The translations under genes were made by a program, and so were the position numbers. A model generated the notes under the pieces. It had not been told where the DNA came from. It made no database searches and worked only from the letters and a program-made list of their open reading frames with translations. A stretch of DNA of 64,000 nucleotides from the NCBI RefSeq assembly GCF_023055435.1, contig NW_025963802.1, forward strand, positions 35,030,001-35,094,000, read 5' to 3'. Source of the DNA: Haliotis rufescens (taxonomy: Eukaryota). Positions 39,080 through 51,803 of the stretch are shown here, in pieces; the stretch's first letter is position 1; each line of letters opens with the position of its first letter.

Positions 39080-39244
39080 GGGGCTGTCGGGTAGCCTAGT
39101 TGTTAAAGCGTTCGCTCGTCACGCCGAAGACCCGGGTTCGATTCCCGACATGGGTGCAATGTGTGAAGCCCATTTCTGGTGCCCCCCGCCGTGATATTGC
39201 TGGAATATTGCTAAAAGCGGCGTAAAACCATACTCACTCACCCA
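39080..39244 (+). mobile_element. SINE family A with TSD ctacacattatg
   Basis: A and B boxes, TSD on both sides. Confidence 0.9.
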
Positions 39245-39933
39245 CTACACATTATGACATAGCGCCGCACAAAGCACAGTAGACTGTGATGACACAGCTC
39301 CGACCAACACACAGCTTTACACAAAGCTCCGAACACTGGTATGACATAGCTCTGACACAGCGCTACACACAGCTCTATACATAGCTCTGGCATTGCCAAG
39401 CAAACACTAGAAACAGATTACGACGCGATCGACGCTGGCAAGCACTATTCACTATGCATTAGAGTTTAAACTTTAAAGCGTACATCGTCAGGAATTTGTC
39501 CGGCAAAGATGGTATCAGAAGAACGCCGTATCCGAGACCATGCCGGATCATGTGTGATCCCAGATAGTCCCCTCATTAGAACATCGTGGCCCTCTGTGAT
39601 TGGAATCGATCACAGTCGTTGCCTGTGTCTCACAAGCCGATTTCCCATAATGCTAACGTGAGCCTATGCCAACATATCGGTCTGAGTGAGGTCTATTTTG
39701 GATTAATTGACAGTCGAGGAAACTCACCTGACTGTCCTAACCGACTCGGGTAGGGTGCATGATGATGGGCGTATTGATGCGGATTAACGTCAGTTGCTGC
39801 AACTTTCTTGCTGATCCAGATAGTTTCAGTAGGGGGACCACTTATGTATTGTGAACAACGATTATGCTTGACCGTTGGCTGGTTTGTTTCAGACTAGGAA
39901 TAAGTTGTATATTTTTCTATATGATTCTGGCCA

Positions 39934-40211
39934 GGGGGCACGGGTGGCCCAGTAGCGTGAGGCGCCGCGATTCGCTGTGCAGAGTTGCGTCCCTTGGGCT
40001 CGTCATAAACCTATGATTGTGGGTTCGAATCCCGGTTCGCCCCGATTATGTTTCTAAGTTTGTCAGCACCATACCCATGCTCGCGGGTTTCACCGAAGTG
40101 GTAAACATCTGAGACCTGCATCACTTCGGGCTTTCTTCCCACATTAAGCTGACACGTCCTGATATAACTGGAATACTGTTAAAAGCGGCATTTACCCAAC
40201 TCACTCACTCA
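39934..40211 (+). mobile_element. SINE family B, full length
   Basis: A box tggcccagtag, B box ggttcgaatcc, V-like cgggctttcttcccac, (ACTC)n tail. Confidence 0.88.
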
Positions 40212-40354
40212 TTCTGAGTGTGATTAAGTCGTCATAATTATTAGTATTTCTCACAAACTGACAGAGCACTAACATTTAAAGGGCCCAAATAAGATATGAA
40301 GTCACATCCTTTTAACGCGATTTAAGATGGTCTCCGTTTCTGAGCCTTGAGAGA

Positions 40355-40525
40355 GAGAGTGAGTGAGTGAGTGAGGTTTTACGCTGCTTTTAGCAATATT
40401 CCAGCAATATCACGGCGGGGGACACCAGAAATGGGCTTCACACATTGTACCCATGTCGGGAATCGAACCCGGGTCATCGGCGTGACGAGCGAACGCTTTA
40501 ACCACTAGGCTACCCGACCGCCCCT
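40355..40525 (-). mobile_element. SINE family A inserted in a (GA)n tract
   Basis: Near-identical to other A copies. Confidence 0.9.
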
Positions 40526-40546
40526 GAGAGAGAGAGAGAGGGTGTT

Positions 40547-41095
40547 ATGGCTCTACAGAGAGCTCAGATTGACAAAACACTCTCCACAAGACTGTTTGAC
40601 AAGAGGGATGACCTCAACTTTCCAATAGTCAACTTTTCCTTCATGTCGAGCAGTATTCGAGCAGCTCCAGCCTTTGGTGTTTACATTTCGCAACTTTTGA
40701 AATACAATCGAGCATGCTCTTTCTGCCAAGATTTCAAAGAGCGTCATACGACGCTTGCTCAGAAGATGTTTGATCAAGGTAACAACATTCAAGGCCTCAG
40801 TAAAGCTTTCAATAAGTTTTATGGTACACGTGCAGAGGGCATTTCCAAATTTGACGCATCAGTGACAAAAATGATGTCAGATGCAATTCCCTAATTTGAC
40901 TTGTACCATATGTTCCAAAGTTTTTTTCAGGTGAACAATTGACTTGCCTTTGCATGTGTTTGTGATGAGTGCCACCGGTTTTTCAGGGTACGCTCACCTT
41001 TCCGCGAATACCTGGTATCGTTACTATTTCATAGTGATTCATAAACACACCGATTTTTATTGGAAATGGAAATAAAAGGGTTTTGCCGCTTTATT
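40547..41095 (+). mobile_element. 5'-truncated Penelope-like (Naiad/Chlamys-type) retroelement: RT thumb C-terminus plus 3' UTR
   Basis: LFDKRDDLNFPIVNFSFMSSSIRAAPAFGVYISQLLKYNRACS...; ORF stops at 40894 with no C-terminal GIY-YIG. Confidence 0.8.
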
Positions 41096-41554
41096 CACGT
41101 TCTTATTGTTAAAGATTTATACATACATTATTAAGTACACAAACACTCGAAAAGAAGTCAGCCTTTATTACATACACAGTGTGGCCTAAGAAACAGAATG
41201 AATTATCAAAATTCGAGATAAAACACGATTTTACACAAATGTCAAGGGAGCAGTCTCGGTTGAAACAGAGCCACAGTAGCGACCAGCGTTAAACAGAAAC
41301 AGTGTCACATGCTGCAACGAAGCCCAGCACAGACATTCCTACTTGCTGTATTAGCGCTGCGCCATCTTTATCACGATTTAAAGCGAGATTTTCTTTAACA
41401 CCCGATTCGTGTGAGCAGGACAGTATATGTATTTTTATATAATTTGTTGGGTTTTAATATATTAATTAAGACAAAAATTAACACAAAGACAAGAATTTGG
41501 CATCTTGTATTTTCACCCTCTTCTCTCTACAGGTTAATGTTCTTATTAATAACA

Positions 41555-41713
41555 GGGGCGGTCGGGTAGCCTAGTGGTTAAAGCGTCCGCTCGTCACGCC
41601 GAAGACCCGGGTTCGATTCCCAACATGGGTACAATGTGTGAAGCCCATTTCTGGTGTCCCCCGCCGTGATATTGCTGGAATATTGCTAAAAGCGTAAAAC
41701 CATACTCATTCAC
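41555..41713 (+). mobile_element. SINE family A with TSD tcttattaataac
   Basis: A and B boxes, TSD on both sides. Confidence 0.9.
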
Positions 41714-42140
41714 TCTTATTAATAACCTTGTAATTTGCGTACTCGTGGAGGTAGGCCACACAGTCATGTTAATGCTTTTATCACAATATCAATCATTGCA
41801 CAATGACTGTTTGCTGTGGATTAGATTAATTGTTAGCTTGCAAACAGCATAGCTCTACGTGGAAGTGTTTCAGTTGTGATTAGTTGTCATCAACAGTTAT
41901 TTGTGTAAATGTGTTCCCATCAGCGCCATTCACAAAGCCAGGAGTACCGAACCACTCCGTGGCTACACCGATCAGGTAATAAACTCGCTTTGGATTAATG
42001 GTTACGAATTGATAATTCTATTTCTGCTAAGTCGATAGTCGTTGTTGAGGATATCCATTATGAAACCATAAAGACAGTACACGCATGTGGTCTGCTACGC
42101 GTCAGTGTATCAGTGACGTAGGTTTAACGGAAGTCGGATA

Positions 42141-42243
42141 TATACTGAACACACAAGTTAGGGATCATGAATATATTTGGGAATAATTTACTTACAAAAA
42201 TCCCAAAAATAGTCATGATCCCTAACTTGTTTTGTTCAGTATA
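42141..42243. mobile_element. ~100-bp Tc1/mariner-like MITE
   Basis: TIR tatactgaacacacaagttagggatcatga and its near-perfect inverse; TA context. Confidence 0.8.
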
Positions 42244-42381
42244 TATGAGCATGTCCTGTCATACATTGCCTGCACGTATGTGTATGTCTATGCAGCAGGA
42301 ACGCTCTATTATATCAACTTGTTGGTTGACGTTGACAAATTGACTTTCCTTTGCATGTGTTTGTGACGGTGTTACCGGTGG

Positions 42382-42653
42382 TTGTTTGGTTGGTTGGTTG
42401 GTTGTTTTACGCCGTACTCAGCAATATCCCAGCTATACGACGGCGGTCTGTAAATAATCGAGTCTGGACCAGACAATCCAGTGATTGACATCATGAGCAT
42501 TGATCCACGCAATTGGGATCGATGACATGCATCAACCAAGTCAGCGAGCCTGACCACCCGATACCGTTAGTCGCCTTTTACGATAAGTATAGTCGCCTTT
42601 TACGGCAAGCATGGGTTGCTGAAGACCTATTATACCCCGGATCTTCACGGGTC
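42382..42653 (-). mobile_element. Non-tRNA SINE family D, full length, inserted into a Penelope-like 3' module
   Basis: 12-bp TSD tgttaccggtgg at 42370-42381 and 42654-42665. Confidence 0.9.
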
Positions 42654-44667
42654 TGTTACCGGTGGGACTGGAAACGTCCACTTTTTTGCGATCACCTGGT
42701 AATATATCATCAGTATTTGATAGTGATTTATAAACACATGCTCATGATATCGACGGAATCGGACAACGGACTGTGATTTCAGCTCAGATTGATTATGGAA
42801 ATTTAAGAGTTTTGTCGTTTCTATTTATTTGTAGTTTGCTCCTATGTTTATTTCCAGTCAACGAAATATCTAGCAGCTCAGCTACATGACTGTTCAAAGT
42901 CACACTCCGCCGATCGCGACTTGTGCGTGACGGTCATGGTGGCGTCAGATGACGTGGTCGAAAATAAACCAAACGTTCTATGATCACCATAACACTGTAA
43001 CCATGTAACGTCCACACCGCGACAGAGGGGACGTTTCTTTTGCGCAGTACAGTATGTAGATATTATTTTGTGTCTGTAAAAATGTAACTCAATTTGTGAC
43101 CGTTTTGGCTCTATCGGTAATGATACAAATATGTTTGTAAAAGACATATATGTGCTTAACAATACAAATTGCCATTAGTGTATGCATGAGGTTTCGTATC
43201 GTACTTTCTCAATTCATATAAAAAAAACATAATTTATGTCGCTCTTAACATAATTTAATTCTCGTACGCCACTTCTCTGAAGTGAATGTGTGGCAATTTG
43301 ACACAATCGATTTCGAGATGTGTTATTTCTACATATATTGTGCCTTTCGAAAAGTAATGTTCTGTGCGCCATAACAAAAGCATTCCCTTCTTTACATAAA
43401 CGGAAGAATAACAACGCACTTGAGTATCATTGAACCCCCATCATGGCGGCACTGACGCCAGGTACTCCACTTATCACGTCTTACAACTTGAGAGAGATTC
43501 CGTCAGAAGAAAAAAAACCACTTTCACTAGATCAGGCACAAATATCAACCTCATTCCATTAAAGCCCGTAAATTCAGGTTTCTGAATATCCAATAAAAAT
43601 TAAAACATGCATCACCGTTAGCTTTTCAGCGAAAAGAACGGCAGAAACCTTGTAACTATATTCCAGCCTCCCAAATTGTGAAGCCACGCATGACGTTGAC
43701 GGGAGCAGTCATTGTGCGAGATTTCTCGAGAGTTGCGTATCAAAGGTAGGACAAACCTACTACAAGGTTCTCTACTTAAGCTTTTTCCGCCAACTTCGAT
43801 CTTTCCGTGAACCCAGTCGCTTTATTGCTAATTATACCACATTGAGCACAATAAATATTGATATGGGATGGGGTCGTAAATAGCGTTAGTGGAAGGAGGC
43901 CCGTCAAGGTGTGGGAAGTTATGTCTAGGTTCTTTAAGCCTTCGTCGACCGTTATCTAACCATGGAATCATATACCTCTTGTAACTGATACAACCTACGC
44001 TAACTAAAACAGTGATCGGCAAAGTATAGATGAATCTTAAAATAGAACCATGTGCTCGAAAGCAGCATCTATTGTCAATACTTGCTGTAATCTGTTTGAA
44101 ATCACGTGAGTATTTCACAATTTTGGTTTAATAATACGTGTGCGACACAGAGATTGATGGCATGTATTGCTTTAGGTCAAAGAACGGACGAGCCTTGTGG
44201 GTTGATGTGCTATTTATTTATTTTTAAAATACCTCACTAAAAGCTAATATCGGCGTATTTGTATTCCATTAACACCTTTAAGGTCGCATCACACCTTCAA
44301 CGTCACACCTTTAACCCGTCAAGTTTAATGTCGTAAAGTATCGCTCGTCAAATTGCCACTTGTTAGACGTCCCATTAGTTAGACGTCCCAATTGTTAGAC
44401 AATTTTACCTAGGCAAAGAGGGATTATACCTACAGGTGTAATGGATCAGTCCTTATTAGATTAAAGTACTGAGTAGGGATAGGGGACTCACTGTTTAGGG
44501 AGTATATATGTTACAATTTCCTTTAATTAATCTAAAATACCTTACTCTCAGCACAGGTTCAATAGGCATGAGATTAACTATGTAAACAATGGAGTAGCTT
44601 AATTGTCTTACTGTATGATCAGTTGAAGGAGTTGAGTTGAGATTATCTACTCATCAAACAAATAAAA

Positions 44668-46011
44668 ATGATCTTGGGGTACGTATCATTATCAGTATCG
44701 ATGATGGCTGGTTTAAGGAAAGTAGAGTACATCACCTCTCGGCGTGGAAGTAAGCAGTTGATATCAGATGGATATCTTTACAACAGAAACCGTGAGAGGC
44801 AAACCTGCACACATTGGAGATGTGTCGTCAAGACATGCAATGGGAAATGTACGACTGTCGGTGACTTTCTTCGCAATCAGTCGGAACATAACCATCCACC
44901 TGAAGATGAAACCAGAGAGACCTTTGTCAGCAATCTTCGTAAAAGAGCGCGAGAAGAAACCACACAGATGCAGGCATTGTACGAGGAGCAAGTCACTCAA
45001 GTAGATGAAGCCAGCATCCCAGCGATGCCATCATTTCAGAGCGTGAAAAGTGCGCTTTACAGGTAAATATCATCCCGTATTTTTGACTTGGTTAGAATTA
45101 ACCTTTTTTTTAGGTCCCACCTAACTTGTTTCGCTGTTAACCATTTCAAGTGAATGAAATCATTATCAATATTTCATGTAACATATGTGTAACTGTTTCT
45201 TTGCTCTTTGTCAGGCATCGTCGCAAGACCATTCCAGCGTTACCCGGGTCGCGGTCAGCAGTAGACATTGAAGACAAATGGTCCGAGACAACAGATGGAC
45301 GTCCCTTTCTACTGTTCAGCGACGGCGACGATGACAAGATCTTGGCGTTCTCCACTGCAGAACAGATACTCGCCCTCCAGGAAGCTGACACCCTTTACAT
45401 GGATGGTACCTTCACAGCATGTCCAGGTTTATGGGATCAAGTATATATCATTCATGCCAGAGTTGGTCAAAACACCTTCCCTCTAGTGTTCGCCCTTTTG
45501 CCAGATCGTCAAGCAACAACCTATGGCCGTCGACCTATGGATTCGACGAGCAGCTGGGCTAGCTCTGCTGCCCATTCCCTTTGTTCAGGATGCATGGGTT
45601 CAAGCTATGGAGTCGACACCAGATGTGCCTAGAGCTGTGGACTTTAACGACTATATTGTGAGAACCTGGGTGGATGATGACGCCAGATTCTCAATGCGCA
45701 TGTGGAACCATTTCGAAACTGATGGACCCAGAACCAACAACAACCTTGAAGGATTCCACAGCCGACTGAACCACCTACTGCCACATGTTCACCCTAACAT
45801 CTACAGATTCATTGAAGTCATCCAGAAAGTCGAGTTCAGTGAAAGGACTAAGGTGATGCAATTGAACTTTGGTGCGGCACCACGCTGCCGCAAGAGAATC
45901 TACAGAGAGACAGAGAACCGCCTGGTACGCCTCAAAGATCAGCTGCAGCAGGGTGACAAGTCTGCTATTGAGTATTTAGATGCTTGTGGACACTCGCTTC
46001 GTTTGGGATAA
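44668..46011 (+). pseudogene. FLYWCH zinc finger + MULE DDE transposase; intron 45063-45214; frameshifting deletion at about 45530
   Basis: FLYWCH-like GYLY...HWRC...C...HNH; YMDGTF (first Asp); RTNNNLEGFHSRLN (Glu); DFE and CxxH segment absent; AG|GTAAAT...tcag|G intron keeps the frame. Confidence 0.88.
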
Positions 46012-46121
46012 GGGCGGAATCCCGACATGGGTACATTGTCTGAAGCCAATTTCTGGTGTCCCCCGCCGTGATATTGCTGGAATATTGCTAAAAGCGGCGT
46101 AAAACCATATCACTCACTCAC
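46012..46121 (+). mobile_element. Internally deleted SINE A inserted at the transposase stop codon
   Basis: 13-bp TSD tcgtttgggataa at 45999-46011 and 46122-46134. Confidence 0.9.
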
Positions 46122-46416
46122 TCGTTTGGGATAAAACTGTAAAAGTTATTAAATGTAACGTTTACATTATCAAAAACTGTCACAAAGTGTTGTTAAAAAC
46201 TGTATAAAATTTATTAAATGTAAAGTGTCATTAAATGTGAAGTATAATATTAAACTATCTGTTTAAAGCTGCTTTGCTTTGTTTGTCAGATCTTATCTGG
46301 ACTATTCCATTTTAAAGCCTGAGGTAACAAGCATAAGGATTAGTGTGCACTCAACCGTTTAAAGTGTTGTTATAAGCTGTCTAACTATTGGGACGTCTAA
46401 CTAATGGGAGGACACC

Positions 46417-46630
46417 GTCGTAAAGGGTCGTTCGTCGACAGCTATCTTTATGTCGAAAAGTATTGTTCGTTGACAATGACCTTTTTGTGGTAGAGAGATG
46501 TCGTAAAATATCGCTCGTCAAATGGCCACCTATATGTCGTAAAGGGTCGTTCGTCGACAAATATCTTTATGTCGTTAAGTATTGTTCATTGACAACGACC
46601 TTTGTGTGGTAAAGTGATGTCGTAAAGTAC
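46417..46630. repeat. 119-bp tandem repeat; first unit split by the MULE, left part at 44328-44360
   Basis: atgtcgtaaa unit starts at 44328, 46498, 46617. Confidence 0.85.
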
Positions 46631-47019
46631 CGGCGGCCATGTTGATGTCGTAAAGTAGGGTTCACCGGAAGATCATAGTTTGTCGTACAGTGTTGTGCAC
46701 CTGAATGAAGGCTGGTGTCTGTGAGTATGACTGCATCAAATATAAACACTGTGAATTACCTCATACTCAGAACAAAGAACGCACTTGGGCAAAGTGTGGA
46801 ACTGAATGTAAATAGACCAGTCTGTACAAAACGAGTAAATATGAATCTGCGGCCACCACAACAGGCCATGGCCGTGTAACTTACAAGAGGAATCGCCTCG
46901 AAGTGGAACCCCTATGGCTAGCTTACTGGGACATTTCACTTCAGGGGGACTTTGGTCCACGATACGGTCTTTATTCCGAGTTTGGGTCTAGGTCTTGTAA
47001 CGATGTCCTGTGTGGAGAA

Positions 47020-47100
47020 TTGTCACTAGGACTCCTTACATTGTCATAAGGACTCTTTACATTGTCATTAGGACTCCTTACTTTGTCATTAGGACTCCTC
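47020..47100. repeat. 21-bp repeat, about 4 copies (attgtcattaggactccttac)
   Basis: Direct inspection. Confidence 0.8.
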
Positions 47101-47184
47101 ACATGCTCCTTACATGCTACATTGGCATGGGCATTGAGTTGGAGCATTTCGAAAAGGATTTGCTACACCTCCTTATTGACCCAC

Positions 47185-47995
47185 ACATGGTCCATCTGTA
47201 TCCCCATTGTCCATCTGTAATCTCATGGTCCGTCTGTAACCCCATTGTCCATCTGTAACCTCATTGTCCATCTGTTATCTCATGGTCCATCTGTAACCCC
47301 ATTGTCCATCTGTAATCTCATGGTCCATCTGTAACCCCATTGTCCATCTGTAATCTCATGGTCCATCTGTAACCCCATTGTCCATCTGTAATCTCATGGT
47401 CCGTCTGTAACCCCATTGTCCATCTGTAACCTCATTGTCCATCTGTAACCCCATTGTCCATCTGTAACCCATTGTCCATCCGAAAAAACCATGATCCATC
47501 TGTAACTTCATGGTCCATCTGTAACCCCATTGTCCATCTGTAACCCCATTGTCCACCTGTAACCCCATTGTCCATCTGTAACCTCATGGTCCATCTGTAA
47601 CCTCATTGTCCATCTGTAACCCCATTCTCCATCTCTAGCCCCATTGTCCACCTGTAACCTCATGGTCCATCTGTAACCCCATTGTCCATCTGTAACCCCA
47701 TTCTCCATCTGTAACCCCATTGTCCATCTGTAACCCCATTGTCCATCTGTAACCCCATTGTCCATATGTAACCCCATTGTCCATCTGTAACCTCGTAGTC
47801 CCTCTGTAACCTCATAGTCCCTCTGTAACCTCATTGTCCATCTGTAACCCCATTGTCCATCTGTAACCCCATTGTCCATCTGTAACCCCATTGTCCATAT
47901 GTAACCCCATTGTCCATCTGTAACCTCGTAGTCCCTCTGTAACCTCATAGTCCCTCTGTAACCTCACAGTCCCTCTGTAACCTCATTGTCACTGT
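47185..47995. repeat. 19-bp minisatellite (gtccatctgtaaccccatt), about 42 copies
   Basis: Direct inspection; explains the GQWGYRWTM ORFs. Confidence 0.95.
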
Positions 47996-49179
47996 GTAAG
48001 TTAAACAGATGATCCCACTGCAACCTCGTGGAACAGTCTCAAACAGGTCAGCACATTCAAGAATGCAAACATTATTTGATATAAGTGTCTTTCCCCTAAT
48101 GGTTAACATAAAAACTTCCAAAATGGTTGACCGTAAAGTAGCCAAGGTGGCAACCAGTCTCGTCTTCAAAATTCCAATTTGTAAATTTAGACATAAATTT
48201 ATCTAAATATTTATATATATTTAAATATAAATGTACGTACATTTACGTACATTCATACATAAATGTATCAGAATATATGCTTAGGCATGTACATTTCATA
48301 TTTACAACATACTATATAACACCAACGACAGGTAATAACCAGTCTCGATTATCCGACGAAACAGATTCGGGCGTAAAAGGTAAAATAGTGGTGACAACTA
48401 TTACATGGAACGCTGAAAATTAGGTATTTTCCAATGATTAAGCGTGTAAAGGCGTGATTTGCAAACATTTACAAGTATGTAAAGGTACACATTTCTTCCA
48501 GTGTATGAGACGTGACCGGCCTATTAGCAGCCTGAGTGCCCCTTTAACATTGTGTCGTCGGCTGCTGCTGTCCGCTCCTGTCGCCAGGTACTGTACCTCT
48601 GCACACTTAACGGCCTCACAGAAACAACGCCAGCGGTCGGGCGTAAAATAATCGAATTGGTTCCATTTGACCAATAAGTCAAGACACGCCTCGTTAAGTC
48701 TGTTTCAGCGTCAGGATCCCGTGAACAGATGATTACCTGGCTCGGTTTGTGGTCATTACTTCATAGCCACTATCAGATGGCTGAAGGAGACGTCCCAATC
48801 CACTCCGGGTGTGGTAATTAGTGTTAATCATACGCTATGCAGAATCTCGGCGCCGCTATTTAACATGGAAACGTTGCTTTAGTTTGCAACTGTGGGGTGC
48901 TCATGTTAGATCACATTATTTTTTTTAAAAATAGTCAAAATGTCGTAAAAAACACAAATCAAAACTGGTAAAGCAATAATGGAATTAGGTTGTTGCGACG
49001 TTTTCTCATGTCTCATGTTGCGTGTTGCGTTTCTCATGTTGTATGGACTTTAACGAGGGTTCCATCGACCTTGTGTGAGTGAGTTGTGTTTTATGCTGCT
49101 TTAATGTGAGCGTCGGCCTACTAACGCTTGTCAGAGAAAACGCAGGTTTTGGACGTTGACAACTTTGATTAAAGCCAAA

Positions 49180-49326
49180 GGCACGGGTATGGTCCTGACA
49201 AACCTAGAAACATAATCGGGACGGACCGGGATTCGAACCCACGATCAAATATTTCTGGCGTCCCCAAGGACGCATCTCTGCACAGCGATTTGCGGCGCCT
49301 TCGACGACTGGGCCACCCGTGTCCCC
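49180..49326 (-). mobile_element. 5' half of SINE family B
   Basis: Matches the head of 39934-40211. Confidence 0.8.
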
Positions 49327-49705
49327 TTTACAATGATAACGTGTAAACGTGTAAACAACACAAGAAATTAAACATACTTCGACTCGTTATAAAATAGAAA
49401 TGTTTCCATAGGGCTTTAAACACCAAGGAGTAGAAACATTATATCATTTCTGAAATTCAGTGGAAATAGTCTGCTTCAAGACTAGNNNNNNNNNNNNNNN
49501 NNNNNNNNNNNNNNNNNNNNNNNNNNNNNNNNNNNNNNNNNNNNNNNNNNNNNNNNNNNNNNNNNNNNNNNNNNNNNNNNNNNNNNNNNNNNNNNNNNNN
49601 NNNNNNNNNNNNNNNNNNNNNNNNNNNNNNNNNNNNNNNNNNNNNNNNNNNNNNNNNNNNNNNNNNNNNNNNNNNNNNNNNNNNNNNNGACCGAACAGTA
49701 TAGTT

Positions 49706-50115
49706 CGCCTCCGTGGTAAGGTGCTAGTGCGTCCGCCAGGAGAGCGGAAGGTCCGGGGTTCGATCCCCGGCCGCCTCACACCATAAGACGTTAAAAGATG
49801 GTACTTGTTGTCACCCTGTCTGGCGCTCGGCAAACAAGGACTCGGAGTCAGTATACGGTGTCTGAATGGGGTATTCATGTTAAACTGCGGCATGGTGTCT
49901 CACTGGGCTAGTGCTAAAAAATCNNNNNNNNNNNNNNNNNNNNNNNNNNNNNNNNNNNNNNNNNNNNNNNNNNNNNNNNNNNNNNNNNNNNNNNNNNNNN
50001 NNNNNNNNNNNNNNNNNNNNNNNNNNNNNNNNNNNNNNNNNNNNNNNNNNNNNNNNNNNNNNNNNNATAATCATGGACGCGACGTTAAACCGCACGTCAC
50101 GTCACCTCACCTCAC
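49706..50115 (+). mobile_element. SINE family C, spanning an N gap
   Basis: Head, Meta-like segment and tail match the other C copies. Confidence 0.8.
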
Positions 50116-51651
50116 CGACCAGTATAACGTCAGAGTACTTGCAAGGTCAAACACTCCACAACTTGCTTCTAATTTAAAGTTTGTGTTAATACAATATTCA
50201 GCCATTATCAAATAAACGTATCAGTTGTAACTCCAGTTTGGGGTTAATCCATATAACAGTAATGCCTTCATTAACAAACCAGGACTATCCGGTACAACCT
50301 CTCGTCATTAATATTTACTGAGTGGGAGTATTAACACAACAAAACACTTCTTGACTTTCTTTGACAACATCTCCCATCAATAATGCAGCCCCTCTTTAAC
50401 CTGTCTATAAACAATAAACAATTGATGGTCTTAACAACCTTAAGTGTTTAATCACACCATTCACCCTTAATTTCCTCACACACACGACCACAGTTGACAG
50501 AACTGATGGGACGAGATAAGGATGTCATTCCACACCCTCTTAACTATGGATGGGGTCGATGATCACGTCGTTGATCCTTTGTTTGTTTTCGGGTCGATAG
50601 GTTTCACTCAATCCACTGTCTGAATTATAACTGCTTTAATAAAAGATCGGGCCTGATTTAAAGCTAATGACGGACAGATTGCTTATCGATTGATGCGGAT
50701 TTCAGTCAGCTTGAAATAACCGTCATTGGACCCGCATGCTTGACCGCCCGTCGTCCATGTTTTTAGAGATATGGTCTCGTGTTTGAATTTGTTAAAAGGT
50801 TAAATCTTCATTTTTTTATCTTATAAAAACAAGAATCAAAGGTTGTTTGCAAGCAAAAATGAAGAACTAATCCATTGAGACGACCTAAACTTCAATATTA
50901 GCGAGGGAAAACACAAGTGAGGGTAAAAGTTCTTGTTTGATTTTGAATTTGAGCAAAATGCTTGGCTGCAGTTTTCATTAGAGCTGAAGATGTAAGTGTT
51001 GATTTCAACTAACGTCGGCCCCACCATGCACTTGAAACATGGACTTGAAACAAGCGGTCGACAGAATACCCTTCACATATTTTTATTTTTAATATATCTC
51101 GCTTTAAAAATAGTGGCACAATCATCCCGCCCACTTGATGACGTCATCGGCTATACAGGTGTGTAATCGTCATGCCTCCATCTTACATTTACTTCCGCTG
51201 TTACCAAGTGAGAATGTTAACTAGTAAATGGCAATAAGGAATGTAAAACTTATATTATCAGTGTCTTTTTTTTCAGAGACCTACCGCGTGAAAGCGCTTC
51301 AGTCCCTCTGTCATTTTTTGTGGTTTTTTTTGTGTGAAAACAAAAATACTGATTTACACGCTGTACAACGATGTTGGAGTATCGTTTCATCAGCTAACCT
51401 CAGATGACCTCTTACCAGTGCCGTAGCCAGCCGGGTGGCGGGGGCATTTTTTTATAGGAAACAGTGTTATTTGAATCAATATTAATACCCACCCTTATTT
51501 AATTTGATGTTATCGTTTTCTCGGCTTGTTCTTAATTTATGTAATTATATATTTATTAATTAATACTTAGAAATTAGTACCAAATATGATTACATTATCA
51601 ATGCACATAATTCTATCCACAAAATCGTATTCATTGTCCTATACATGTATA

Positions 51652-51803
51652 CAGTAAACAACGGTTATAACGAACTCAAAGGGACCACTAATCTTAGTTC
51701 GTTATAACCGTAGTTCGTTATAAGCATATGTACAGCAAATATACAGCAAATGTTATGTCCGTCAGTTCGTTATAAGCGTGTACGTTATAACCGCAGTTTA
51801 CTG
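51652..51803. mobile_element. pogo/Tigger-like MITE
   Basis: TA|CAGTAAAC...GTTTACTG|TA with internal gttcgttataa subrepeats. Confidence 0.85.

Larger units (their letters stand above)
44361..46416 (+). mobile_element. Mutator-like (MULE) DNA transposon, internally deleted
   Basis: Inverted ends cccattagttagacgtcccaattgttagac / gtctaactattgggacgtctaactaatgggaggacacc flank a FLYWCH-MULE ORF. Confidence 0.9.

Noticed and set aside
39480-39900. Possible decayed Tc1 transposase (WP..S...IWDH-like on minus)
   Set aside because: Only a few residues match and no TIRs were identified.
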